A DNA stretch of 64,000 bases from Nitrospirota bacterium (lineage in GTDB: Bacteria; Nitrospirota; UBA9217): assembly GCA_963751455.1 (NCBI GenBank), contig CAVVUN010000015.1:1600001-1664000 (forward strand). The letters are read 5' to 3'. A program made the translations under genes and the position numbers. Below, piece after piece: positions 52,837-62,181 of this stretch. Position 1 is the stretch's first letter. Every line of letters starts with the position of its first letter. The notes under the pieces are model-generated. The model worked only from the letters and a program-made list of their open reading frames with translations. It had not been told where the DNA came from and searched no databases.

Positions 52837-55800
52837 TTTTATCGCACATCATCCCATATGGACAATACCGGCAGGAGTTTTCATCACGGGGCTCGGGCCT
52901 GAAATCGCCGGCCAGTATTCCTTCTATCGCCCCGCGCGCCTTGTTCATGCTCCGCTGCAAAATCGCCTCGAATTCCGCGGCTGTCTTGGAGCTCGCTTTC
53001 GGTTTCGACGACGGATGATCATCGCGTGCTTCTTTATTGAAGAGCACAACGTCCCTCGCAGCCGCGCCTGTCTTCCCGCCCAGGTCGTAATAGGCAAGTC
53101 CGATAGGGTTTCGCAGCAGCGGGCGATGTTCGGCTGGACCTCGCGTCAAAGACCCTGCCAGGACCGCATATACAGGCAACTGAAAAATGTCCTGTTCAGC
53201 GTTCATCTTCGGCAGGGGATAGCCTCCGGTCTTGTAATCCACAATCACGAAGTTCCCTTTTTCATCCGCGTCGATGCGGTCTATCTTTGCGGAAATCGCA
53301 GCTGCCTGTCCGTTCGAGAGGACCATCTCGAAATGCTCAATTTTCTGTTCAAGGTACGCAGGCGTCAGACCCTGAGCCCAGAAAACCTCCTCAGCTGCAA
53401 GGAATCGCTGAGCCATCACGGTGACAAAAAGCTGCTTCTCGCGGCGATTGCGGAACGTATCTGCTTCAGAATCAAACGCTGAATCGGCCAGGTCATTCAG
53501 CAGAGCCTGCGCCTCGGCACGATGTTCCGGGGAAACGGGCCTGTCCGTACCCCAGGAGAGATAGAAGTTCCTGAGGATGGCGTGCACCTTGCTTCCGCGG
53601 TCAAGAGGCGATATATCTTCGGTTACATCCTCGAGAGGCGCTATTCCGAGAACCCTCGCAAGATAGTAATCATACGGACAATTGAGATAGAGATCGAGAT
53701 CGGTGACCGGGAAATCCCGTTTTGCATGGAGCATGGCTGCGGGTCTAATGGAAAGACCCGGTTTCAACTCCGGTCGTGCTGCCCGATACGCGGCAGTTAT
53801 TACATCAATCTCGCGTGTTCGGCCGGGCATGGCGCTTGACAGCCGGGCAAGCCATTCGCTTCTAAGCTCGGCAGCCCCGCTACGCTGTCCATGGGCCTCT
53901 ACGCCAACCGACTTTGCCAGTTCGGAAAGGCTCCTGCTCGTATCCATCCTGAGGCCGGACCGGATGCCTGATGTTTTTTCCATGCCGCGGTTTATCAGTC
54001 CCGCTTTATGGAGCGGGGTGAGCTCCTTGAGAAAGGGCGACGGCATTACCGGCCTTTCCCCTTGATTCTCCGGCCATGTCAAAACCACCCTGTCTGCCGA
54101 CAAAAGCAGGCGATAGAAGTGGAGCGCGGCGTTTAACCGGTCGCGCTGAAGTGTTCGTACTCCCATGGTTTCGAGCATCTCCTCGGGGAGAAAAATATTA
54201 GCGGGTAAACGCCGCGGGAAGACGCCTTCAACCAGGCCGCCGAAATAAATCTCGCTCCACGGATGTCCAGTGCTTTCTTCCAGGCCGAGAACCTGTACCC
54301 CGCCTTCGTCCTCGGGCGGCACCTGGAACCGGTTACGCATCAGAGTCTTTTTTAACAGAAACAGCCATTCGGGAAACGTGTACCGGTAATCGTCAAAGAG
54401 GGTTCCTGCCTGGTTCAGCGACGCCAGGGTATCAGTCAGTTTCCGGTATGCCTGGAGGTTCGTATTCAGCGGCCCCTTGATCAGCTGAACACGGGCGCCG
54501 ACTTCCGCCCAGGAAAGGAGAAAGGACAGACGTTCCATCCACAGAGTGAGAGGGGCAGCGTCGCTGCCGGAAAAGGGCTCCAGCGCTGTGAAAAGATCGT
54601 TCAGGGGACCTGACAGGACGTCGACGGATGAATCCGGAGAGGAGTGGCGGAATGCGGAGATTAATTTCCGTCTACCGCCCGTTATTCTCTGCTTTCGTAA
54701 AAACCGGTCGAGTACCGAAGCGATGTGGCCCTGCGTGCCGAATTTCAGAAACGGCGAGCTGAAGATCCTGAGGAGCGAAGGACCGGAAAAATCATCCCGG
54801 CAGCTTTCGAGAAGCGAGATCAACGCAATGGCAACCGGGGATGTGGACAGTTGCCGGCCGAGCGCCCGGTTATAGGGGATCCCGAAATCCGTGAATATTT
54901 CCTCAACAAGGGGGCCGTATTCATCGAGCCCCGGGAAAGCGACAAGGATTGAATCCGCCGCAGTTCTTTTTTTCAGCGAATTTTTCACTTCGCTTGCGAT
55001 GAACGAAACTTCTTCCCGGCTGTTCAGCGCCGAGATAACCATCAGCTCCTTGGCAAAGGAAGCGGCTTCCGGTGCTTTATTAGCTGATTCCTCGAACGAT
55101 TTGGCCGAAAACAGGGCAGTTGAAATGTAGTCGTCGGCGGCGTTTGCTGTCTCTGCCGGGCGCGAAGGAACGGTGTCCAAAGCCGACAGAAAATCCCTGA
55201 TTATTCTTAGAGGATGGAATTCATGTGCCTGCTCGATCAGGGCAGAGGAAGGCGCCTCGATGATATAAAGGCATTCTGCCAAGCCTGCAACGTGCCGGAT
55301 AATTTCTGTTTCCACCCGATCCAGGCTATGAATGCCGTCTATTACTATTGTACGGTACTTTGCAAACCATGCCGAGTCGAACCGGTCCCGGAGATAGATC
55401 CTCATGCCGGCCGGATCCGTGAGCCTGTTTTGCTGCAGCAACTTCCTGTATCTGCCATACAGGTCAATGAGAAGCCTCACCTGGGGCTTGTCCGATAGAT
55501 CCGAGTCCTTTATCTTAATGGCCAGAGCTGCCGGCTCCACACCCGCACGACCGAGCTGTTCGATCGTCGTTGCCATTGCCGCTGAAAGCGAGGGCGCAAG
55601 CAGGTCCGGGCTCTGATTGAAAAAACTGCCGCCTGACAGGCTTTCCTTCACCAGGCCCTCGAGGAGAACCATGCGGCCGTTTTCATCGATAATGTGAGGA
55701 CCGTTCTTCTGGGCGAATTGTTTTTGGAGCATTTGGTCGAACGTCGCGATATCGGGCTGGGCCAGTGCGGCTGATCCTTTGTGCTGTACGGCTTCGAGAA

Positions 55801-55960
55801 ACAATTTTCCGTAAAGACGCTTCATGCGGGAAGAGGGGACCAGAATTAAAACATCGTTATACAGGTACGGGGGTGATGGCCTTGAAGATAGAATAGTTTC
55901 CACAATGCTGGATCTTTCTATCCAACCCGCTTTTCCAAAGGGTATGAGACGGCATATCAT
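52826..55960 (-). CDS. addB: AddB-like PD-(D/E)XK nuclease with Fe-S cysteines
   Basis: YLNCPY, KIDRID, IVDYKTG, C-terminal CRYCPYGMMC; overlaps the addA start. Confidence 0.85.
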   Translation of the reverse strand: MICRLIPFGKAGWIERSSIVETILSSRPSPPYLYNDVLILVPSSRMKRLYGKLFLEAVQHKGSAALAQPDIATFDQMLQKQFAQKNGPHIIDENGRMVLLEGLVKESLSGGSFFNQSPDLLAPSLSAAMATTIEQLGRAGVEPAALAIKIKDSDLSDKPQVRLLIDLYGRYRKLLQQNRLTDPAGMRIYLRDRFDSAWFAKYRTIVIDGIHSLDRVETEIIRHVAGLAECLYIIEAPSSALIEQAHEFHPLRIIRDFLSALDTVPSRPAETANAADDYISTALFSAKSFEESANKAPEAASFAKELMVISALNSREEVSFIASEVKNSLKKRTAADSILVAFPGLDEYGPLVEEIFTDFGIPYNRALGRQLSTSPVAIALISLLESCRDDFSGPSLLRIFSSPFLKFGTQGHIASVLDRFLRKQRITGGRRKLISAFRHSSPDSSVDVLSGPLNDLFTALEPFSGSDAAPLTLWMERLSFLLSWAEVGARVQLIKGPLNTNLQAYRKLTDTLASLNQAGTLFDDYRYTFPEWLFLLKKTLMRNRFQVPPEDEGGVQVLGLEESTGHPWSEIYFGGLVEGVFPRRLPANIFLPEEMLETMGVRTLQRDRLNAALHFYRLLLSADRVVLTWPENQGERPVMPSPFLKELTPLHKAGLINRGMEKTSGIRSGLRMDTSRSLSELAKSVGVEAHGQRSGAAELRSEWLARLSSAMPGRTREIDVITAAYRAARPELKPGLSIRPAAMLHAKRDFPVTDLDLYLNCPYDYYLARVLGIAPLEDVTEDISPLDRGSKVHAILRNFYLSWGTDRPVSPEHRAEAQALLNDLADSAFDSEADTFRNRREKQLFVTVMAQRFLAAEEVFWAQGLTPAYLEQKIEHFEMVLSNGQAAAISAKIDRIDADEKGNFVIVDYKTGGYPLPKMNAEQDIFQLPVYAVLAGSLTRGPAEHRPLLRNPIGLAYYDLGGKTGAAARDVVLFNKEARDDHPSSKPKASSKTAAEFEAILQRSMNKARGAIEGILAGDFRPEPRDENSCRYCPYGMMCDKNEP

Positions 55961-55991
55961 GACTCGTTGATTATGCCACAACTAATATTTA

Positions 55992-56021
55992 TTGACAACA
56001 TGTGCCGCTATAGTTTATAAT
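55992..56021 (+). promoter_or_regulatory. Putative sigma70 promoter
   Basis: TTGACA-N18-TATAAT upstream of ferredoxin-trxA. Confidence 0.55.
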
Positions 56022-56039
56022 TTTTTTCGTTATCGTGCT

Positions 56040-56243
56040 ATGCAGTTCATTATTACGAAAAATACCTGTACCGGCTGCGGGACCTGCCTGGAGGTTTGCC
56101 CCACAGAAGCGATAAAAATGATAGACGGGCGCGCAAGCATCACGCTTGACTGCATAGATTGCGGTTCCTGTCCGCGTGTCTGTCCCGAAGGCGCTATAAA
56201 ACAGTTGCTTCCTGCCGCGCGTACCGGCGTGGTTCAAAATTGA
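56040..56243 (+). CDS. 2x[4Fe-4S] ferredoxin
   Basis: [12 protein letters not shown] and [12 protein letters not shown]. Confidence 0.9.
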   Translation: MQFIITKNTCTGCGTCLEVCPTEAIKMIDGRASITLDCIDCGSCPRVCPEGAIKQLLPAARTGVVQN

Positions 56244-56268
56244 TGCTAACAGTGTGAAGGAGGTAGTG

Positions 56269-56592
56269 ATGGCTGAAGCAGTAACGAGCGCAACATGGGA
56301 TCAGGAAGTGCTGAAAGCAAGCAATCTCGTGCTGGTTGATTTCTGGGCGGTATGGTGCGGGCCTTGCAGAATGGTGGCGCCTATCGTAGATGAGATCTCA
56401 AAGGAATACGAGGGTAAACTGAAGGTACTCAAGCTCAATACCGATGAGAACCCTGACGTCGCAGGAAAGTACCGCATTATGGGAATTCCTACCTTGATGT
56501 TCTTTAAAAACGGTCAGACCGTGGACCAGGTGGTAGGCGCGGTCCCGAAGGCGCAGCTGAAATCCAAAGTGGATGCGCTGCTCGCAAAATAA
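56269..56592 (+). CDS. trxA: Thioredoxin
   Basis: [15 protein letters not shown]; RBS GGAGG. Confidence 0.96.
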   Translation: MAEAVTSATWDQEVLKASNLVLVDFWAVWCGPCRMVAPIVDEISKEYEGKLKVLKLNTDENPDVAGKYRIMGIPTLMFFKNGQTVDQVVGAVPKAQLKSKVDALLAK

Positions 56593-56657
56593 AAATTCTA
56601 CTGATTTTTTTAATCTCGTAATTCTGAATTGCCCGTTCACAAACGGGCACATTTATT

Positions 56658-57155
56658 TTGGGGAGATTTTCCTTGTTCAAGAACGGTCTGGCATCCGTCA
56701 TTCTCATACTGGCTCTCTGTTCGGCATGCACCAGGAGCAATCAGTCCGGAGCGGCCGCTCCCAATTTCACGCTTAAGGACCTGAGCGGCAAGACCGTAAA
56801 GCTTTCAGATTTCAAGGGGAAGCCGGTCTTGATAGAGTTTTGGGCAACGTGGTGTCCGCCGTGCCGTTTGTCCGTGCCGGGCATAGAGAAGCTGCACAAA
56901 ACCTACAGCAGCAAAGGACTGGTGGTTCTCGGCATATCGCTCGACCAGGACGATTGGGACTCGGTAAAGGCTTTCGCGGACAAGAACGGCGTTACGTATA
57001 CCGTGCTTAAAGGCGATGACGATGTAATGGCCAAATACCAGGTGAGAACCATCCCGATGATGATCGTCATGAATAAAGAAGGGATGATCTTCAAACGCTA
57101 TCTGGGGTTTGACGGCGAAGACGCCCTCGAAAAAGATATCCAGTCCGTGCTGTAA
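56658..57155 (+). CDS. TlpA/ResA-like thiol-disulfide oxidoreductase, probable lipoprotein
   Basis: Lipobox-like LCSAC; APNFTLKDL; FWATWCPPC. Confidence 0.88.
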   Translation: MGRFSLFKNGLASVILILALCSACTRSNQSGAAAPNFTLKDLSGKTVKLSDFKGKPVLIEFWATWCPPCRLSVPGIEKLHKTYSSKGLVVLGISLDQDDWDSVKAFADKNGVTYTVLKGDDDVMAKYQVRTIPMMIVMNKEGMIFKRYLGFDGEDALEKDIQSVL

Positions 57156-57200
57156 GCCGCATTGCATAAACGCAAAGAGTCTCGTTCTTTCCAAACACAT

Positions 57201-57226
57201 AGATCCTTCACTTTGTTCAGGATGAC
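57201..57226. repeat. Short dispersed intergenic repeat
   Basis: AGATCCTTCACTTTGTTCAGGATGAC; related 26-mer GGACCTCTCACTTCGTTCGAGGTGAC at 63959-63984. Confidence 0.5.
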
Positions 57227-57258
57227 GCATTCTTGCCTATGAACGCGTCAGTTTTTAA

Positions 57259-57287
57259 TTGACAATAAAAAGAGCGACCGATATAAT
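57259..57287 (+). promoter_or_regulatory. Consensus sigma70 promoter of tRNA-Gly
   Basis: Perfect TTGACA-N17-TATAAT. Confidence 0.85.
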
Positions 57288-57299
57288 GATGCGAAAAAA

Positions 57300-57375
57300 G
57301 CGGGCGTAGCTCAGCTGGTAGAGTACAAGCTTCCCAAGCTTGGGGTCGCGGGTTCGAAACCCGTCGCCCGCTCCA
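57300..57375 (+). tRNA. tRNA-Gly (anticodon CCC)
   Basis: GCGGGCG acceptor stem, anticodon arm CAAGC-TTCCCAA-GCTTG, T arm GGTTCGAAACC, encoded CCA; 76 nt. Confidence 0.97.
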
Positions 57376-57402
57376 TTTTCTTTAGTCCGATGCGCGTAAT
57401 CC

Positions 57403-57434
57403 GACCCCTTCCTGATCTCAGGGAGGGGTTTTTT
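57403..57434 (+). terminator. Rho-independent terminator after the tRNA
   Basis: ACCCCTTCCTGA-TC-TCAGGGGAGGGGT followed by a T-run. Confidence 0.75.
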
Positions 57435-57449
57435 GTCGGGGAGGCAGCC

Positions 57450-58100
57450 ATGCACTCGCTCACCACATTGAAATGCGTATTTCTGTATGTCCTGTTTTTT
57501 GCTGTTCCGGTTCAAGCGCAGGAAAGCCTGGTCATAGCGGATTTCAGCTCAGCCGCGGGATCAGTCCCGGCCGGCTGGGAGCTGAAGGAAAAATCGGGCA
57601 AGGCGGACATGGCAGTGGTCAAAGACGAAGGGGTTTCCGCTGTCAGATTTCGCAGTTCCAACACGTCTTTCTCGCTCCAGAAAGAGGTCCGTGTCGACCT
57701 GAAGCAGTATCCGGTACTGTCCTGGAAATGGAAAGTTACGAAACTGCCGGATGGAGGAGACTTCAGAAAATCGAAAACCGATGACCAGGCCGCTCAGCTG
57801 TTTATCGCTTTTTCCAAGACCAAAGCGATTGTGTATATCTGGGACACCAACGCGCCCCAGGGGCTGATGGAAAGCACCTCTCCGGTGCCATTCATGACCC
57901 TCAAGGTTGTCGTTCTGCAATCAGGGCCGGCCGTGCTGGGCAGGTGGATCACCGAGAGCCGTAATGTATACGACGATTACAAAAAAATGTTCAATGCCGA
58001 GCCGCCGGCCGTGAACGGCATGAGGCTCCAGATCAATTCGCAGCATACAAAGACCTCGGCTGAAAGCTACTTCGCAGACGTGGTTTTTAAAAGGCAATGA
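57450..58100 (+). CDS. DUF3047-like exported protein
   Basis: Signal peptide; LSWKWKV..DDQAAQL..IVYIWD..WITESRNVYDDYKK. Confidence 0.75.
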   Translation: MHSLTTLKCVFLYVLFFAVPVQAQESLVIADFSSAAGSVPAGWELKEKSGKADMAVVKDEGVSAVRFRSSNTSFSLQKEVRVDLKQYPVLSWKWKVTKLPDGGDFRKSKTDDQAAQLFIAFSKTKAIVYIWDTNAPQGLMESTSPVPFMTLKVVVLQSGPAVLGRWITESRNVYDDYKKMFNAEPPAVNGMRLQINSQHTKTSAESYFADVVFKRQ

Positions 58101-58140
58101 GGAAGGCAAGTGCAAATTGCAGGTGCCGCGGAAAGCAGAA

Positions 58141-58662
58141 ATGGGCGCGAAAATTATCTTCATAACAGGCGGGGCGCGATCAGGCAAATCCGCCTATGCG
58201 GAAAACCTGGCAAAGAACCTCAGCGGCAGGCGGGCATACGTAGCGACGGCGCAGGCGCTGGACGCTGAGATGACGGCAAAGATCAGGAAGCACCAGCAGG
58301 ACCGTGCCGGCGCATGGGACACGTATGAAGAGCCGCTGGCGGTCGCTGAACTGTTGAGAAAGCTGTCCAGCCGTTATGAAATAGTTCTCCTGGACTGCAT
58401 TACGCTCTGGTTAAGCAATATCATGGCACACAGCGACGCTGACACAGTCGTGGAAGTCCGCTCGCGTGAACTCATCGAAGCAATCAAAGACTTTACTGGG
58501 TGCTGCATCATTGTCTCCAACGAGGTGGGCCTCGGCATTGTTCCCGATAATCCTCTTGCAAGAAAATTCCGGAACCTGGCCGGCATGTTGAACCAGCAGC
58601 TCGCAGCTACGGCAGATGACGTTTACTTTACTGCCGCCGGTATCCCTATGAAAATAAAATGA
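58141..58662 (+). CDS. cobU: Adenosylcobinamide kinase/guanylyltransferase
   Basis: ITGGARSGKSAYAE, YVATA, LLDCITLWLSN, VSNEVGLGIVP. Confidence 0.95.
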   Translation: MGAKIIFITGGARSGKSAYAENLAKNLSGRRAYVATAQALDAEMTAKIRKHQQDRAGAWDTYEEPLAVAELLRKLSSRYEIVLLDCITLWLSNIMAHSDADTVVEVRSRELIEAIKDFTGCCIIVSNEVGLGIVPDNPLARKFRNLAGMLNQQLAATADDVYFTAAGIPMKIK

Positions 58663-58714
58663 GCATGCAGCGTCTCCCACATTTTCAATTTGCAGCTTAC
58701 TATAATACTGCGGC

Positions 58715-58801
58715 ATTCTTCGAGCCATTGAAAGGATAAAGGCAGGGGACGCGGAATCCGGCAATTCAACCATTTCCCGCACCGTCAGCGAAAAATTATG
58801 A
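58715..58801 (+). pseudogene. Probable internally deleted remnant of cobT
   Basis: One frame reads ILRAIERIKAGDAE...VSEKL*; its TGA overlaps the cobS ATG at the position cobT often occupies. Confidence 0.4.
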
Positions 58802-59565
58802 TAAGGAATTTTATTACCGCCACGCAATTCCTGACCGTATTTACGGTCAGCAGGAAGCACAAAGTCAACGAAGCGGACCTTGCGCAGTCAATGGTCTATT
58901 TTCCCGTTGTCGGTTTTTTGATCGGGTTTATCCTGGTAAATGCGGATAAAGCATTGAGCTGGCTGCTTCCCTACAGCATTACGAACGTATTCCTGATCGG
59001 CATTTCGGTGCTTCTCACCCGCGCCCTTCATGTCGACGGGTTTGCCGACACGCTCGACGGCATGATGGGAGGACACGACGCCGCCACACGACTCGAGATC
59101 ATGAAAGACAGCAGGCTTGGTACTGCCGGCGCAACAGGCATATTGCTCCTCCTGCTTATGAAATATCTCTGTTTGAATAATCTCTTTGAGTACGATAAGG
59201 CGGCTGCACTTTTGAGCGCGCCGATGCTTGCGCGCTGGTCCCACGCGCTCATGGCGTTCAAGACGGCTTACGGTCGTAAAAATGGCATGGGGAAATGTTT
59301 TATCGGTCACCTGCGGACCAGCAGCCTGGTCGCCGCATCCGTAGTAGCTGTCGGACTGTCGACGTTTGTCATATTCAGGTTTGATGTCCGCTCCGCAGCC
59401 CTGGTGCTGACCGTTCTGTCCGGAATCGGTTTGACGACCTTCCTCGGAAAGAAGTATCTCCTGAGCAAGCTCGGAGGCATTACCGGAGACAGCGTCGGAG
59501 CCGTGAGCGAGCTGAATGAGGTCGTAGTGCTCCTCATATTCGTGATTTTTTCGAACGGAACTTAA
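58798..59565 (+). CDS. cobS: Adenosylcobinamide-GDP ribazoletransferase
   Basis: QFLT, LHVDGFADTLDG, IMKDSRLG, GGITGD..GA..E. Confidence 0.95.
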   Translation: MIRNFITATQFLTVFTVSRKHKVNEADLAQSMVYFPVVGFLIGFILVNADKALSWLLPYSITNVFLIGISVLLTRALHVDGFADTLDGMMGGHDAATRLEIMKDSRLGTAGATGILLLLLMKYLCLNNLFEYDKAAALLSAPMLARWSHALMAFKTAYGRKNGMGKCFIGHLRTSSLVAASVVAVGLSTFVIFRFDVRSAALVLTVLSGIGLTTFLGKKYLLSKLGGITGDSVGAVSELNEVVVLLIFVIFSNGT

Positions 59566-59566
59566 G

Positions 59567-60166
59567 ATGATGCCTACACGGGTCTATCTGATGCGCCACG
59601 GTGAAGTGGTAAATGGAGGAGAAAAGCGCTACAACGGCCATATCGATATCGATATTACCGCTGCAGGCGTAGAGCAAATGCACAGGCTCGCGGGTCTGCT
59701 GCAGGGGAAAAGCGTGGCAGCAGTATACTCGAGCGATCTTATCAGGTCGGCCCGCGGCGCGGACATTATTTCGAGAAGTTTGGGACTGACCTACACAGCT
59801 TTACCCGTATTGCGGGAGCGAAGCGTCGGCGCATGGGAAGGACTTACCGCGGACGAGATCAGGGGGCAATATCCTCAGGAATACAACACATGGCAGGCGG
59901 ACTTGCTGAACTACCGTCCCCCGAACGGTGAATGCCTGAATGACGTGCGGGACCGGATCATCCCGGCCTTCCGCAAAATTATTGATTCTCATCCGGAGCA
60001 GGAGATTGCGATGCTGCTTCACGGCGGCGTCAACAGGGTCATTCTCGCCGATGCGCTTAAGCTTGAACTCATGAATCTTTTCCGGATCGAACAGTCATTC
60101 GGAGCGCTGAACATTATTGATTACTACGACGACGGCATGGCGGTGGTGAGACTGCTTAACGGATAG
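59567..60166 (+). CDS. cobC: Histidine phosphatase (alpha-ribazole phosphatase-like)
   Basis: LMRHGE, YSSDL, GAWEG, HGGVNR; follows cobS. Confidence 0.82.
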   Translation: MMPTRVYLMRHGEVVNGGEKRYNGHIDIDITAAGVEQMHRLAGLLQGKSVAAVYSSDLIRSARGADIISRSLGLTYTALPVLRERSVGAWEGLTADEIRGQYPQEYNTWQADLLNYRPPNGECLNDVRDRIIPAFRKIIDSHPEQEIAMLLHGGVNRVILADALKLELMNLFRIEQSFGALNIIDYYDDGMAVVRLLNG

Positions 60167-60227
60167 TGCCTTAAATGATTATTGAAAATTGTAAAATGAA
60201 AAATAGTAACTACTCAGCTCATTTTTT

Positions 60228-60315
60228 TATCCGCAGATCACGCAGATTTCGCAGATAAAAACAAAACCTGAATTCTGGTTTTAAAATCTGCGTCCATCTG
60301 CGAAATCTGCGGATA
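60228..60315. repeat. Period-9 inverted-repeat element (CGCAGAT type)
   Basis: TATCCGCAGATCACGCAGATTTCGCAGAT ... ATCTGCGTCCATCTGCGAAATCTGCGGATA. Confidence 0.8.
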
Positions 60316-60414
60316 GAAGGCTTTTTCTCAGATTTGTCTTAATGCCGTTCTGAAAAGAAGCTGAATAGTTACGAAAAATATAGAAATATAATTTTGAGTT
60401 GAAGGGAGCAAAAC

Positions 60415-61251
60415 ATGCTGAAGAAAACCGCCTCCATGCTATGCACTGGAAGTGTAGTGCTGCTGTTGTCCGTTCCTGCGGTTAATGCCGACGAAGTAAA
60501 ACTGATCGAGGCGGAAGGCCAGATCAGCCTGGGCGACGACACCACGATAGGGCAGGCAAAGGCGGCAGCGCTGAACAACGCACGGCGCGCGGCCCTTGAA
60601 AAGGCCACCGGCATTGTCGTGCACGGCTCTTCAATGGTCTATAACAATCAGCTTGTGAATGATCTTGTTATGGCGGCGACAAAAGGGGTCATTGTCGACG
60701 AAAAGATCCTGGAAAATAAATGCGACGCAAAGGACGGGCACCTCTTCTGCAACGCAAAAATCCAGGCAAAAGTCAAGCCGTTAAGCCTCGAGCGAAGAGG
60801 AAATTTTGCGGTAACCAAGGTAACGGTCCAGAGGCCGGACAGGGAAGATTCGGCAAAGAGCGCTGTGTTTCAGAGCAAGGACGAGATCCGCATCAGAACA
60901 GCGGTTAATGAAGACGCGTATATGAATATATTCAGCGTGGATCAGAACGGAGGCATCTCGAAACTGTACCCGAACACGTACATTGACCAGGAGCGTCTGA
61001 TTGCGGGAAAGGAACTGGTGTTTCCGGATGACAACCAGAGAAAGATCGGGCTGAAACTGAAAGTCAGAACGCCGAAGGGTGTTCGGCGGGCTGTTGAATC
61101 GGTACTTGTGATCGCGACCAGGGAAAAGGTGAAGCTGTTGACCGAGGAAACGGTGGAGAACGCGACTATCACGGACCTCATGAAGCAGCTTTCGGAGATT
61201 GATCCGTCACAGTGGGTCGACAAAACAGAGGGGTATGAAGTGAGGGAGTAG
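60415..61251 (+). CDS. Exported protein with a C-terminal DUF4384-like domain
   Basis: Signal peptide; N-terminal AKAAALNNARRAALEKA helix; DAYMNIFSVDQNG..KLYPN..LVFP..ESVLVIAT. Confidence 0.65.
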   Translation: MLKKTASMLCTGSVVLLLSVPAVNADEVKLIEAEGQISLGDDTTIGQAKAAALNNARRAALEKATGIVVHGSSMVYNNQLVNDLVMAATKGVIVDEKILENKCDAKDGHLFCNAKIQAKVKPLSLERRGNFAVTKVTVQRPDREDSAKSAVFQSKDEIRIRTAVNEDAYMNIFSVDQNGGISKLYPNTYIDQERLIAGKELVFPDDNQRKIGLKLKVRTPKGVRRAVESVLVIATREKVKLLTEETVENATITDLMKQLSEIDPSQWVDKTEGYEVRE

Positions 61252-61434
61252 GGGAAGCCTATTCCAGTTTCAAATCATTGGCCTTCGCTTGAGATACCTG
61301 TCTGTATCGCCGTTCGGCAAAATGAAACCAATATCTATTCTTACATTTTCCGGGGAATAAATAGGGCAGGCCGAAAAAAGGCCTGCCCGCTTGTAGTGGC
61401 TTTTTTTACTCAGAACTTCAACCCCGGATATTAT

Positions 61435-61525
61435 TTACGGCGTATACTTGCCGCCGGTGTTGGGATAATCAGAAGGTTCTATAGTACCGCCCCAGATGAT
61501 CATCTGTGAACCTGTCCATAACCGC
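61435..61525 (-). pseudogene. C-terminal fragment of a Kelch/beta-propeller repeat protein
   Basis: Minus strand reads (AV)WTGSQMIIWGGTIEPSDYPNTGGKYTP*, followed by hairpin GGGCAGGCC/GGCCTGCCC at 61364-61388. Confidence 0.55.
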
Positions 61526-61690
61526 ACCGCCGCTCTTGCTCATCCTTTTTACAGTATTGCCGAAACGTCAACATTTATGGGAAAAAAGTATTATAGTCAA
61601 ACTTTTTTTGCAGTATTTATAGGCTAAAAATCACCTTATTATTCAAAAATTCATTGACTTTAGATGTATCCTGGCTTATTGTTACACACG

Positions 61691-61785
61691 AAAAGCTGGG
61701 GGAGCCCCGAACCATTGGGCTGAGAGGTCCTTAGAGGACGACCCTTAGAACCTGATCCGGTAGTACCGGCGTAGGGAAGGCGAGA
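61691..61785 (+). ncRNA. TPP riboswitch
   Basis: GGGGAGC..GCTGAGA..ACCC..GAACCTGATCCGG..TACCGGCGTAGGGAAG upstream of thiS/G/E. Confidence 0.93.
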
Positions 61786-61806
61786 AGAGAAACAAGATCA
61801 CTTTTC

Positions 61807-61836
61807 AGCCGTATCCTCCGGATATGGCTTTTTTTA
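61807..61836 (+). terminator. Riboswitch-associated terminator
   Basis: AGCCGTATCC-TCC-GGATATGGCT followed by a T-run. Confidence 0.8.
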
Positions 61837-62169
61837 TGGAGCGAGCCGACCGTGTCGGCGTTGAAGTATGGAAGAATATAAAACCTATGCCCATACGCCG
61901 CCTCATTTGTATCGTACGGGCTCAAAATATTTTATTACCGCTATTACCTATGAGAAATCCTACTATGCCAGATTAAATTACCTTTACTATAACCCCGTGA
62001 AGCATGTTACGTCTCGGTGCCTGAGGAGTATCCTAGGGGAAGGTATTTTTTCGCAGCCGTACCGAACAAGACCGTCTCGACAGGCTTTTAAAGGAATACC
62101 CTTTTGATCGCGTAGAGGTTGAGGAACCTTATTGAATAATGAGGACGGCAACATGGTTGCCTCGGTCCA
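61837..62169 (+). mobile_element. REP-flanked, internally deleted REP-associated tyrosine transposase (RAYT) remnant
   Basis: Palindromic ends TGGAGCGAGCCGACCGTGTCGGCG and CGGCAACATGGTTGCCTCGGTCCA; ORF 61868-62107 joins a RAYT-like N-terminus (HTPPHLY..YFIT) to the C-terminal RLNYLYYNPVKH with no HUH core. Confidence 0.7.
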
Positions 62170-62181
62170 TATAAATAAAAT

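Noticed and set aside
49414-55960. Helicase-nuclease pair as a novel defence system
   Set aside because: Motifs, sizes, Fe-S cysteines and gene order match the housekeeping AddAB repair complex.
57300-57450. tRNA-Gly as an integration site for an island
   Set aside because: No integrase and no duplicated tRNA 3' end seen in the window.
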